From the human T2T-CHM13v2.0 reference genome, Homo sapiens, in assembly GCF_009914755.1 (NCBI RefSeq), contig NC_060933.1: a stretch of 64,000 bases of DNA, one strand, 5' to 3'. The notes beneath the pieces were generated by a model, which saw only the letters and a program-made list of their open reading frames with translations, did no database searches and had not been told where the DNA came from. Position 1 is the first letter of the stretch. Each line of letters begins with the position of its first letter. Positions 1 to 14,939 of this stretch are shown in pieces. A program made the position numbers and the translations under genes.

Positions 1-375
1 AAGAGCTATCTTCACTCCCAGGTTCACTGCAGCCCTCTTCACAATAGCCAGGATAGAGAGTCAACTTTAGTGTTCATGAACAGATGAACGGATGAAGAAA
101 AGGTGACGTATATACACCATGGAATACTATTAAGACTTAAAAAAGAAGAAAATCCTGTCATTTGCGTGAAATGGATGGACCTGGAGGAGATTGTGTTAAG
201 TGAAACATGTCAGGCACAGAGAGACAAATAGTGCATGATCGACCTTATATGTGAAATCTAAAAAAGCTGAACTCATAGAAGTAGAGAGTAGGATGGTGTT
301 TGCATGGGACTTGTGAGTGGGTCGTTAAGAAGGTATTGGTCAAAAGATGTGAAATTTAAGATAGACAGGAGGAAT
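1..375 (+). mobile_element. Old L1 (L1MA-type) 3' end fragment
   Basis: L1 3' motifs ctcttcacaatagccag, atggaatactatt, gaactcatagaagtagagagtag and tagacaggaggaat. Confidence 0.8.
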
Positions 376-1806
376 TTAAAAAACAGATAAGAGAGGCCAC
401 ACAGTCATCATTCAGTAAAGAATGTTGAGGTCATTTTGTAAAAAGGTCACACCTCATTGGAGGTATTGATAGGACTCTCTCTGGCAGAAGCAGTCCTCCA
501 CAGGAACAATAACATGGTATTTGTAAGGTTTGACCTTCTCACGCCAGTGGTGCTTTGGGAGCTGCAGCACCTGCTCAGGATCCTGGGTGGTGGCTGGAAA
601 TGATATCCTAAAGAAATGATTTCCTCAAAGGGAAATGAGCTCCTGTTTTCCAGAGTGAAAGTTCCTCCCTGGACACTGGGATCTGCAGCAGCTTTGAGTG
701 ACTAAATGTCTTTCTAGAAGCCTTTGACTCACTGGGTACCGTGGAGTAGGGAGTGCCTGCAGGATGTAGGGCCTCTCCAACATCATCCCAGAATCAGCCT
801 GTGTTTCCTGGGCTTATTCCCAAGTAGGTGAGGGAGGCCAGGTGGGGATGGGTGCAGGTTCTCAGGGCTTCCTTCCAGTGTGAGAATCAGGGCACAACTT
901 CTTGACCTCTCTAAGCTCCAGTTTTCTTATTCTGTGAAGAGGAATGAGAAGAAACTGGTTGGCTTATAAAACCTGCTGATGCTACACTCACAGGGTCTCA
1001 GCAAATAGACAAAGATGTAAAGATGTGTGGTGCCTGATGCTCCCTTGAGGTGGATGAAGAGCAGGGAACCACACGGTGCTGATGTCTGCCTATAACTGAG
1101 CCATGCTTCCCTCATGGATGCAAATCTCTGCAGGGCTGGGAGGACAAACAACATTCTCTTATGAGTGTTATTTTTAAGGCCCAAAGAGAAGGCTGATTCA
1201 GCCTCAAGAGTAAGGTTGGCTACCCTCCTCCATCTGACAGGATACAAGTTGAGGGCAGTTGAAATGATTCTGAATAACAGTGGGGTGAGTCTCCTTCACT
1301 ATTTGCTTCCCTCCTCTGAAAAATTTCTTCCTAACATGCTCAGTACTCACTTCCTGACGACTGGTACCTACATTTGCCTTGGTCCTAGCTTTTCAGATTG
1401 CAGAATCCAGATATGTTCTTTGGAACAGTTCATATCTTCTACAGGTCTGAGGCTTCACTGAGTCCTAGACAATTTCCTTAAAGGAAATTGTGAGAAAAAC
1501 TATTGAGATGGCTCTTCCTTCCCAAACATAAAGACAGAGAGAGAGAGAGAGAGAGAAAGTTGCTGCTTTGCTCAACAGCATCTGCTTGGTGAAGAGCCTC
1601 AAGATCTGACTCGGGCCTCCCAGCTCTTAGGAACCCATTCTCCACTGGCAGGGGTGGCGTGTTTACCCTGTTTTTCATGGAGGAATTGGACCACAAACAT
1701 TTGGGGATGTTAGGTTGAGAGCTGGAAAACCCCAAGCCTCTGGCTCAAAAACCCAGAGCTTGCTAGGAGCACTTGCAGGATACGCCCGTGTCCTGTCACC
1801 TGCCTA

Positions 1807-2207
<401 letters not shown>

Positions 2208-3310
2208 TCAAGGAGCATCATAGCAACTGGGCTGCATCTAAAAGGGAAGAATCAAGGGCGTGATCCACAACCAAGGCCTGAGGAAGCAGGGCCCATAGTT
2301 GACCTGCACAGTATGAGTCATGACCCATGTGCTGGGGCTCTAGCCATGGGCGGTGCCTCTTGCCATTTCCAGCTTCCTCCTGCAGAGGGTGGGTGTTAAC
2401 GGTCTTCATTGCTCATAACCTTCTCAAAGGCACGAGTTTCGGTTTCTGCCTTCCCTGAATCAAGTCTTCTACATTGCAGTTGCTGTAACAAAAACTATTA
2501 GCAACAACACAGCACTACAGAAGCAAGCTCCTTGCTAACAGTGATTGCTGATGACATTGTCTTCTAGAGACCACTCTAGTGGCTCGGCAGCCTTGGTATA
2601 GAGCTGATGATAAAAACTTTTCCTGCTTTTGCCAGTCATGAGGAGCATTTCTTTGTCTAGATAAGGGAACTGAAACCCACTGGCAGCCAGAATATACTCA
2701 AAGCAGTCATTGGGATACGAATCCCACCATCATCTCCCATGTTATCCCTTTTGTTACCTTTAAATATGGTCCCATTTACTCAGGACCAATATTCCCTTAT
2801 GTGGAGAGCAGGACTAGTGCCCTTGAGTTACTTACGGTGACTCATCTTTGAGTGGGGAATGTGTTAGTATTTTCAGCAAATGTTAAGTGTGATGAAACAT
2901 TTGCTGAACTGTCTCCCCGTTTCGAAATAAGCTAACAGCACTCAGGGGCTCTATTTACAGCAATTGGGTGGAGTCAGGAGTGGGAACGCATCTTGCACTG
3001 TCACCTTGATTGACAATAGCTCTGACCTGTGGAGGATGGTCAAGTCCTGTCTCCTATAACGTGGGGCAGTGATGGGTCAGGGTCATGGCTCCTGCATTTG
3101 GGTGAGGCCTTCTCATCACTTTTAGACAAGCAAGTTCAGGGTGACCGCAGGCCTCCCCACTTCCATCAGTATCCTCCCAACTCCCCCTGACCTCTCTCAC
3201 GAAGCTCCCCACCGATTCAGAGATCCAGTCCTGAGGGGCTAAAAGAAACATTCATTAACCTGTCTAGAGAGTCATGAATAATTCATGAATTACATTGAAT
3301 TCATCCCTAG

Positions 3311-4035
3311 TATAACTATCTTCAGAAATTCAGACTTGGTAACCCGGTAGCCCCCTTCCTCAATGTCTTTCCAAGGCCCCAGGTGATCTCTCTGTTCCAT
3401 ACATAATGCTTTACACAGCAAAGTGCTTCTGGGGGTGGGAGCCCGCTGACCTTCCCTGGAATCCTGACTGCAGGTTCTGTTTAGAACATGGGGTCTCATT
3501 TTGAGAAGCTCTTGGTATTTATCATTCACAAGAAGTTCACAGGCTCCAGAAAACACAGGACAGCATTCAGGGAAAGAGAAGTGGTAGAGACGGAGACACC
3601 TGGTCAGTGTGGCCAGAGCATCCTGGGGGAAATGCACTGAAGGACAGCAGGGCAAATGCACGTGGGTGGCTGGGGAGAGGAGCAGTGCAGATGGCAAAGA
3701 CACTGTCCAGACAACCTCCCAACTCAAGAGAAGGGACTGAATCTAAGAGGAGAAGAGGAGGGATGAGACAAGATGCTGAGGGTGCCACAAAGTCAGAAAT
3801 CATTTGAAGTCAATGAAAGTCAGACACCTATAGATGTGACTGTGGTTTGCTGATAGAAGAAACAATGCTGGCCATATGTATTAAATACATGGATATTACG
3901 GGAAAGAAAACATCTTTTGAGGCTAGACTTAATTTTCCTTCTATCTGAACAAGGGTTTGCTTATGATTTATACTTTACTTACATTTTTCAGCTTTGTAAT
4001 AAGTTGAGCTGGTTGATATAGTGTGCAAGATATTT
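3311..4035 (+). repeat. Local duplication, copy 1 (paralogous to ~16835-18295)
   Basis: Shared blocks such as cagaaattcagactt, ggggtctcattttgagaagctctt, gagacacctggtcagtgtggccagagcatcctgg and atttgaagtcaatgaaa occur in the same order in both places. Confidence 0.9.
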
Positions 4036-6496
4036 ACAAAAACAACAGAAAAAGAATAAAGTCCTTAAAAAGTCTCAACATGAATTGTTTCTGCAGGGCA
4101 ACTAGGAATTTCCACTCCTGTACCAGAGAGCCACAGATTTGTCTGGACTCCTTAGGGGCCACAAGGACACTGGCTCTGATAATTCAATGGACTACGAAAC
4201 AAAACAGTGGCTTGCAGTGCCACCATTATGCTTCCAGTCCTTAGGTTTTCAGGGGAGATAGTATTCATTTATTCTACAAATATTTATTTAGGATGTATGT
4301 GATGTCAGGCAAGTTATAAGCACCATGGTTGACAGGCAGAGACAGACAATAATCAAATGAACAAATAAAGAGTAATTAAGACTGCTGATTTTGGAATTAA
4401 ATAGTTCTGAGAATAAATTATGGTTCAGATTCTTCACAGGCATGTAACTTTGAGCAAGTCTCTAAAACTTATGGAGCCAACATTTCCTCACTTGTAAAAG
4501 GGGAATTAAACTGCCTACCTCTGTGGGTATTTTGAAGATTAAAGAGATAAGTGTGGTTACCAAAAAAAAACTCCAGAATAGAGCTACTATTATTCTTCTT
4601 AAAGGTGTTTTGGAATCTAATAGTGCCCCTATCTCATGGAAACACCACTGTTGGGTCTTGCCTTAAGACATACCACTGAAGATTTTAGGCAGAATTGTCA
4701 GAAAACACAGGAAAGTAACAGGGCGTGTGATAAGCTCTTGAGACCTGGGAGGTCTTAGAACAGAGATGGACAGATAGGGACACGACGCTGTAAACATGAC
4801 CTGAAGCCATGTCAACAGGCTGCCTCTGCTGAGCTCTCTTCTGTGGTTCGATGTAGGGTTAAGAAGTTCCTGTGCCCTTGGGATTTCCTAGCCAAACCAG
4901 CTCCCATCCTCATTGCTTTCTCCCCTGTTGTTTCTGCTTTTTGTGCCCCCAGATATGTATGATGCACTGAAAGAGATCAAAGGATTTTAAAAATCAACTG
5001 ATTTTTAAAATTCTGACTTAAGACAAGGATTTTAACAACAGACATGCAAATAAAAAAATCAATATTCAGCCATAGGTCAAATAGTCTATTCTTCCCAAAT
5101 AGACTTCTGTGTCCACAATGGTCCTGAAAGTCAAGCTCTGAAGACGGTAAAACATTCTCCAAACGCAGGAGCCAATTTGAAAACCTCCCCTATAAGCTGA
5201 GAGGTCAATGTTATCAAGAAATTAATTGTTCCTGGCCTAGTGCGGTTGGAGGAAGAGAGGAGAATAGTTGTCCCCAAGACTGCGAGAGGGGCAGGAGTTT
5301 CTGCAGGAGGCCGAGGGCTGTAGCCTGCTTGCACTCATGCCTTGGTGGCTGGGCTTAGAGCACATAGGATCTGGATTATTTCCACAGCCAGGCTTGGCAT
5401 GGAGGGTGGGGAGGCAGGTCAGACATCTTGAAGTGACCAAAGGCAGCAAAAGACAGACTGCTCAGAAGACCCCAGGACGCCTCACAACCATGGGGAGGAG
5501 GAGTGGCTCCCTGAAGAATAAAAAAGACTAGATTTTTTTGGGTGGCATTTAATCCAAATTTGTTTTAAAAAGATAAAGGAATGTGGTAGTTCTGGGAAGT
5601 TGTGGTGGAGTAACTGAGCTCAAGGGCAGCATGGGTGAAACAGAAAGGAGCTAATTAGTTCCTTTCTAATGAAATACCAGGAAATGAAAGGAAATGACAG
5701 ATGATTGATGAGGCCTGGAGAATTTAAGTTTACAATTTCTCCTTAGGCTTGTGCTGTAATTCCCATGGCCATACTTTAATGTCCAGTTCTATTCAGGCAC
5801 TAGCAAGGATAAAGGTTAACAAACATAGAAAAGAAAGTGTCAGAGTCTCTTTGATGGGTTAGGGCATTTTCACTCATCGGTCACGTGCACTCAGCCATGG
5901 GGTAATGCTTCCTGGCTGGTGACCTTCTTTCCCACACCCCATCCTCCTCCCCCATGAGTTCTCTACATTGCTGTTACAGAGGTAGCTGTTCTTGGCTGAT
6001 GCCTTACAATTTGCATGGTGGAGTGTTCAATGAACTCAGAGGGATCTGCATAATCTAGGTACAAATCCCATCAAGGCTGAGACAGACAGCATTCCTAGAA
6101 TAATCAAGACTTAGTGCCCAGGATCACCCATCCAGAGGCTTTGCATAGGGTGGACAGACACAGCCCTGAGGGCCCACAGATTGAAGAGTTGAGTGCCGGC
6201 TAAAATTTGGGCCCTGCAGGATCTCCCTCCAGGCACCACTCTGCAGCCTACAAAGTTTGCAAGGACTGACAGATAATTGGCTGCAGCATGCAAGACCCAG
6301 AGCTCACCCCTGCTTTCTCAGAGCTCACCTTCTAGAACACTCTGGGAAGGCAGAAGTCAAGGCTGGCTTGCCACATTCACACGCTAGAACCAGGTACCTG
6401 GATGCACCCTTGTTATGCTCACCAGTCTCCCAGGCTATCACCACTGTTCTTGGGAAAGCTCACACTATTGGTGGGCCCAACTTGTTCTTGTACTCT

Positions 6497-6816
<320 letters not shown>

Positions 6817-6884
6817 TCTTGTACTCTCTCCAAGGGGTGGCAAGTTTTTCTTACTCACCTGCCTATTGGGAACCAACTTAATAT

Positions 6885-7081
6885 TTTTATTGTGGTAAAA
6901 TAGACATAACATAAAGTTGACCATTTTAACCATTTTTGAGAGTACAATTCAGTGGCATGAAGCTCATTCCCATTGCTGTGCCACCATCACCACCTTCCAT
7001 CTCCAGAACTTTCTCTTCAACCAAAACTGAAACTCCTAACCCATTCAGCACTAACTCCCCACTCTCCTCTCCCTAGCCCCT
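6885..7081 (-). mobile_element. L1MB-type 3' end fragment
   Basis: tttttattgtggtaaaata...cataaagttgaccattttaaccatttt...gtacaattcagtggcat is the reverse L1MB terminus; a similar fragment lies at ~61850-62000. Confidence 0.7.
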
Positions 7082-8043
7082 TAATTGTAACAGGAATGAA
7101 GATAATAATAATGTTCATTTCTTGTTGACTTTCTTATTGGTAACCTGTCCTTGATTCAGCCAGAAGTAGCCTTCATCTTGGGAACTGTTAGGATTATTAA
7201 AGGATAAATGGAAAGTAAAAGAGTCAAACGTTCAGAGTTTAAATTCCAAAACACAAGTTTTGAGCCCCTGGCTTTCAACAAAAAACAAGGCTCTATACAG
7301 ACAGGTGAAATGTCCTTCCAAATTCCAACAGGCTCCTGGGAAGCTGGGTGGACACTCAGGATGGCCTGGCTCCAGGTCACCTTGCCTTGCGCCACTGTCT
7401 TTAGGAGTGAAAACAATCTGTGAGCAGCATCATAGCTGGGCTAACAAATAGTGGAGCGAGTATCGTGGAGGAGGATTCAAGGCTTCTTTATAACCTGGAA
7501 GACAGAACAAGGGACGAGAAATACAGGTAGCAAGTGTCAGCTCACGTAGGAATTAAAATCTGCTTTTCCAATTCTCCATCCCTGGGACTGTTTGAGCAGA
7601 CTGCCTGGCCCCTGTGTTTCATGGTGGGTGATGCTCTGGATGAACTGAGAAACCTCCCATTTCCTCTTGACTCTTAGATCCTGTGCCCTTATTTTAAGAG
7701 CAACCAGAATGACTGTGTTTCCTAAAGTGTGGCCCTCCCGCAGGGGCCTTGGGTAAGTTTCAGTGTTCAAGGGATGGAATAAACATGGTCATGAAATATG
7801 TCATGAGATGGGGCCTGAGGGCTTTCCCTGCACTTCTATGCATAGCAAAGAGCAAAGGCTCTTGAGCAAACAAAACACAGCAATAAACCTTTAGAGTCAT
7901 GTGGCCCATGGTGAACTTATCACTAGTCCAGGGAAATGGAGGAAACAGAGGAACACTGGGTGGTTATTTTTCCTAACATTAAATTATTCCATTGAAGGAA
8001 ATTACCATTGTTCTACCACTATAACTTTCCTAGTTTTGTTAGT

Positions 8044-8112
8044 TCCCTTCCCCTCCCCTCCCCTCCCCTCCCCTCCCCTCCCCCCCTTTCCCCTTCCCTT
8101 CCCTCTTTCTCT
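8044..8112. repeat. (CCCCT)n polypyrimidine tract, G4/triplex-prone
   Basis: Run of ccctcccctcccctcccctc units. Confidence 0.9.
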
Positions 8113-8891
8113 CCTTTCAGGGTACTATAATTGGTGACAGCATTGGATAGTTGTTGCTTTCAACTGTTCTGTTAGTTTTATGGAAGGGTAACTTAAAATG
8201 TCACTGGGAAAAGACAGATAAATCCACAAGTAGGAACATTCTACAAGATAACTGGTTTTGCATTTTTGCTCTATGGCTGGGTTTTTAAACCGCACCCCAG
8301 TGTTGAATGCCACACAACTGGAGCAAAGCCTCCTATTTTGGGTCATTTCTTCCAGGAATCACTTGCTGGGGGGTTGAATGTGTTCCTTGAATTATGATTA
8401 CCCTCTGTGTCTGCGCACACATTCTCTGCCTTAGGTCCCCCAAACATTGTCTCCATGAGAACACCTTACTGCCTTTTCTCAATGGTTTTTGCACCCAGGA
8501 GGCCTGTTTGGAGCTGGTAACTCCACACCGCATGGAAAGCAGCCATCCTGAAGGCTGCCAGTAATAGCAGGTTAGTACCAGGTGCCCAGGGGGAGCGAAG
8601 AGGGACCCAGTCACCCAGGGCAGCGGGCACTGCACTCCAAAACTATCAGGCACTGGAAACAAAAGCAACACACAAGACAAAATGACAGCTTCTAAGGTGA
8701 GCCGAGAACTGCAGTTCAGAGCGTCACTTGAGGCTGTACGTGATTGTCACATGTCTGGAAATATTATCAGTAGTTGGCCCATTTCCACACTGCCTCCCAA
8801 GGCTCATACCACCTCCAAGAACTGGAATTTGGGACAGATGTGAGTTCCTGGTGCTCCTCACAGCCTCCTGCCTGGACTACTAGGGGCTCAC

Positions 8892-9080
8892 CTCGCCTGC
8901 ACTGTGGAGCTGCTGAGCAATGCACCTGGGGTACCCCTGGATGACCAGAGGGTTCAGCTGGTCCTGCACTTCGCACACAAACTGCTGCAGTGACATCAGC
9001 TGGTTGGGTCCATTGAGGTTCCACCAGGAAGGCAGCATGGAGATGATTTTCTCACACAGGTGAGTCATGGGAGGGCAGAC
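8892..9080 (-). pseudogene. Duplicated DAPK1 exon (penultimate exon, COR region), open frame with intact splice sites
   Basis: cttcttctag|GTC...GAG|gtgagc; 189 nt translating to VCPPMTHLCEKIISMLPSWWNLNGPNQLMSLQQFVCEVQDQLNPLVIQGYPRCIAQQLHSAGE. Recalled DAPK1 reads VCPPMTHLCEKIISTLPSWRKLNGPNQLMSLQQFVYDVQDQLNPLASEEDLRRIAQQLHSTGE (50/63 identical). Confidence 0.92.
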
Positions 9081-12000
9081 CTAGAAGAAGCAGGGCAGGA
9101 CAGGTTAACTCACCTGCAGCTGTGGGTGCCCTGAGCGGAGCTGCGGTGGAGAGGACATCTTTCATTCAGGTGCCTTGCAGGTGATTTGGTGAACAAATAA
9201 GCACGTTTATGCTTGAGTACTGGGACAGTTATTATTTTAGTTACCATCAAGTGGAATCAATTTATCAAATATAAGGTTTTATAGAGGCTCTTCAGTTCTA
9301 CTGGAAATCTATTAAACAGATTTTGAGTCTTCCAAGAATGTTTTTGGAATTGTGGACTCAGTCACTCAATCAACTAATGTTCACCAACTCCTAATGTTTC
9401 ACTCCCTCACTTCTTCCTCCCTCCCTCCTTTCTTCCCTCGCTGTCTCTCCCTCCTGTGACTGTTTCACTCATGTAATGACCACTTTATGAACAAAAAGAG
9501 GAAAAGAGCATGAGTATCATCATCAATGTCAGAGTGGGTTTTGACCAGTAAATTAGCATTCATGGGGACTGTTGTTGAAATATTGTTTCAAATTAGACCA
9601 ATTCTTGGTAATTAGCTTGAAATGATTTTCTAACCTTTTAAGTTGGTTAAATAAATCAGCCTATGTTACAGATTCATATAATTGACGCACCTCCTGATTA
9701 GAAACCACACATGCCATGCCCTGCACTGCGCCGTTAATTCCACACTCCCCTCTCAAATCCTTTTATATCAACTAAATTCCACTCCCTATTCCCAAAACAG
9801 GATTCTCAGGGGTGAGTGCAGTTGACGTGGTGGGCTCCACCTGCCTGAGCTCAGGAGTTTAGGGGTTGGGTGGGGGGTATCTGAGAAGCAGCAGATCATG
9901 CCACAGCCCAGCTCAAAAATCTCCAGGGACACTCCCTCCTGCCTCAGTAATGCAGCCCCAATCCAGACCTGGTGGGGAAGTGCAGGGGCCCTCACAGACA
10001 GACCACTGTTAGTTCCTAGATCACCGCCCCTGGTTTCTGTGACAGATTCCTCCCAGGCCTCGCCGGACTACTCCCTTTGTGTTTCCCGAGAATTCCAAAA
10101 GCATGTCTGGATCCAGCGCCTGCTGTCGGGAGTGCAGGGTTTTGGAAGGGGGGCCCATAACAGGAGGTGGCCCCTGCTGGACAGCAGAGGGGCCCAGAGC
10201 TGACACTCAGGCTTGGGCAGTAGGAACCTTCTGAGAACGCGTTACCACTTTCCACTGGGATGTCTGCCCTTTTCTTACTAATTTTGGAGAGCTTTTTGAA
10301 TATTATGGGTAGTAGTAACCCTCTAGCTGTGAAATGCATTGAGAATATTTTTTTCCAGGTCTATTTCACTTTGTAACTTTGTGGAATATATTTGCCAGAA
10401 AGTCTTTTTTTAAAAGTGTGTCAAATATGTACATTTTCTTTAAACATATCTAGGGTTTTAAAAGGTTTCTAAACTTCCAAGTCATTTTAAAAACAAGTTT
10501 TCCCAAATTTCCATTCAAGAGATTGTTGTATCATTTCACGGTGAAAAGCTCTAATCCATTTATCTTTATGCTCTGTAGTGAGCGGGAGTTCAACGTTGTT
10601 TACCTTTAGGCAAATAGCCAGCTGTGTCAAGATCGCTTATCAAACAAACATTTTCCCCATTAAATTGAAATAACATATTTTGCTTTCTATAACATTTCTG
10701 TAGATATTATGATTGACTTCTATACTCTCTAGGCTGTTCCTATAACTTATTTAATCATATTGATTATAGAGCCTTTATAATGTTTTATTTATTCTTCTAT
10801 TAAAGTTATAAGATAGGAAACTCAATCTCCTTAGTCCCATTCAGATGCTAACTGGAACTCTATTAAATTTATATAACTCAGAGAAATTGAAACATCCAGT
10901 CCTATCTTGCTATCAGGGATAGCAATCTCCTTCCATTTTTTTCATCTACTATTTTATGTCCTTCAATAATTTTGTTAGTGACGGTTTTTCTACTTCTCTG
11001 AATTTTCTAAATATTCCACAATGTCACTTTGGAATTACTTTTGTAATTCGAGGGCAGGATCTGGGGGCCCAGGACAAGCTTCTCCTCTCTCTGCTGCCAC
11101 AGCCAGTTCTGCTCCGGGGAGCTCAGGGGACACCAACTTTCCAGAGAACAAAATGCACATGGACTCTGATTCTGTCTATTCATTAGAGACAGAAAGTCAT
11201 AGTTGATGCTGAGATACAGATGTAGGGAATGTTTTCTTTCAATGTTTCAGTATGTTCCTTGCTCTCAAATATTTCTGAAGGGTGAAGCTTTACATCTTCC
11301 CAGGACTACTTCATCCAGCAACCATGGCGTGCTCTGTGCAGCACCCCAGCTGGTCTCATGCCACTTGAACAGGAGTCCCCTGCCTGTGGGGTGTGGTCTG
11401 GTGCTGATGCACAGGCTCTAAGAGCATCAAGTGACTGTTGACTTGCCTGGCCCAGGGCTAGTGGCATCTTCTCTGGTGGCATCTTCCCATCCACCTCTGG
11501 GTCCAGCTGCTGAGCTGTGCCTTCTATCCAGGGCTCCCTCAGACTCAAGGCTGCAGGTGCACACCCCAGGTCAAGTTTTCCCCACACCGGGCAGGAGGAA
11601 AAGGTGCTATGGGGCCTGTGTGCACGGCCTCCTGCCTCTTTACAGCCTCAGGCAGATGCTGGTTTAACTGTAGGTGAAGCTCCTTATTTCCAGGTACTGG
11701 ATAACACTCTGCCTACCCCTCTGGAGCCAATGGACCACCTGGGCATTAAGCAATGGGGGCCTCCATGGGGTTGCACACATCTCTTGTTCTTGCCAGGTCC
11801 TCCCAGAGGCTGCATGGCTTTGCTAGAGAGCTCTGAGACTGAATGTTGCCTCTGACATTGACTAGGCATGACCTTACCAGGGCCCACACACTCCAATGCA
11901 TTTCTGCGCAGGGTACTGTCCTTCTCCCCTGGTTGGGAATGTCATCACAGAGCAGAATTTCACACCAGGGGCAGGACCTGCTTCTGAGGTCTCTCTCCTG

Positions 12001-12629
12001 TTCCAAGGGACTCTTGACTCTTGGAGTTGGAGTGCAGGTGGAGAACATCATGAAATCAGAGCCTGTGTCCCTCTAAGTGGAGCAGCTGCCGCCTCCCCGC
12101 TACCCAGCACCACGGAGGAAGGTGCATCCAGTGTGGAACAGGCTTCCCACAAGAAGCCAAATATCCACATTTTTAGGTGTGATCTCCTGATTTTTAAATG
12201 ACAGTCAATGTCCCCCCTCCCCTCCTCATACTCAACAGAGCACTGCAGCTTGTAGGGGAGGCCCCCATCTGCTGTGTTCCTCTCGCCTGGGAAGACCCAC
12301 CTCGAACTTCTGAGCCTTGGGTTACTTTCCTCTGAAATGGGCTCATGAGAGGACCGCACAGATCCTGGCAGTCAAATGACAGGCTCTGTGGACAGCGTCT
12401 GGAACCCGGGTGAGCACCAGCTACAGGACTCCCTAGGTCCTTCCCACTGGGCCTGGCTCCTATGGAGGGTCCCACATGTATTCTTGCCCAAGGCTCACTA
12501 AGTAATAGAGCCTGGACAGCCCCAGTCCAAGCACCGTCACATCTCCCCTGGTTGCCAAGATCATCTCCTATCAGGTCCCTCTGCTCCACTTCCTGACCCC
12601 GAGGCTCCAGTCTGAGCAGCTGGGGGAAT

Positions 12630-13375
12630 TCCTAAACCTAAGGCAGATCTCGCACCAGCCAGCTTAACACACTTGGCCCAAACCCAGTCTCCTCACCCCC
12701 CGGGTAAGGTCTATAAAGCCGTGCCACCTCTCGGGTCACGTCGTCGGGGTCACGTCGTCGGGGTCACATCGCTCGCGCATCGTTCTCTGCCTGCACCTCC
12801 AGGCCCATCCTCTGGCCCTAGCCCAGTTACCCTCCTTCTTTGTTGTTTTATGCTTGAGCTCCTCCAACCCTTCACTACCTGGCCCCTTGCACTCCCTATT
12901 CCTCTGTCTTCCTCCAGCCCTTCCTCAGGCTGCTTCCTTCTTCTTGCCCTTCAGGTCTTGGTTTCAGTGTCACATCAGAGAGGTCCTCATCAGCCAGGTG
13001 AAAGTAGACTCCACCATCCTCTCATCTCACTTCATCCTGTTTCAATTCCCTGCATGGCACCTACCCCAGGAGGCAGCAACCCTTTCTGTAGAGGGCCAGA
13101 TGGTCTCTGTGGCAACTCAACTCTGCCATGTATGAACACCAGCCGTAGACAAGAGCGTGTGGCCGTGTCTCAATAAAACTTTATTTACAGAAGCAGGTGG
13201 TGAGTTGTAGGCTGTTATTTATCACCCATTGATTCAACTTATGCTATCTGGCATTTTTCTGATCTGTTTCCTGGCTGGGTTCTGCCGATTTTGTTCACCG
13301 TGGTCTCTGCAGTGCCCAGAACAGCTCTTGGCATGCAGTAGACACTGGGAATATCTTTTCAGTGCATGAGTGAAT
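12630..13375 (+). mobile_element. L2 3' region interrupted by a MER58A-like DNA element (~13070-13230)
   Basis: L2 motifs cttcaggtcttggtttcagtgtcacatcagagagg and gtgcccagaacagctcttggcatgcagtagacact; MER58 motifs tttctgtagagggccagat and caataaaactttatttacag. Confidence 0.65.
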
Positions 13376-14009
13376 CAGTGTTATTTGGTAACAGCATTGC
13401 TCTTTGAAGCCCTGGTGGATCTCCTAGTTTCTAGTTTCCTTTATTCCAGCACCAACTCTGGCAATTTATTTTCATTTTTCTCATCAGAAAAGAGGACTAA
13501 ACATCTGCAAGCTAATGAGGAGACCATCCACGGTCTGGGAAGGCCAGATAAGAGCGCTGAGAGGCAATGTGGTCCCGCCCACGTGGCAGGGTGTAGTGAG
13601 AGCCCATGGATGGAGCAGCAACTCTTAATTATGCAAATGCAGCTTGCAGGTGGTGAATTTTTCATTCTGGGCAAACTCCCCCTTTTTTTTTTCACTTTTC
13701 AAAATATTCCTGGGCACCTTTCTTCACTATCTGATGAAGTAAAGGCACACTACTTTTAATATCAGCTCATGGAAAATCTGATTAGAAGGAGAATCAAACA
13801 GAATAAAAATATGCCAACTCCTGAAACTCTTATTTTAAAATCCGATAAGAATGGGACTTGCAGCGACTGTAGTAAAATGGATGCTGATATAAAATCAAGA
13901 TGCATCCCCCATCACTACCTGTCATAGAAGGAGTCCCTCCTTTCTTTTAGAAGGAGAACTGGGTTTGGCTAAGCAACACCAGCATCCTCAGGCAGATATG
14001 GATAGCTGT

Positions 14010-14939
<930 letters not shown>

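Noticed and set aside
13631-13638. Octamer motif ATGCAAAT
   Set aside because: A single 8-mer is expected by chance in 64 kb, and there is no supporting context.
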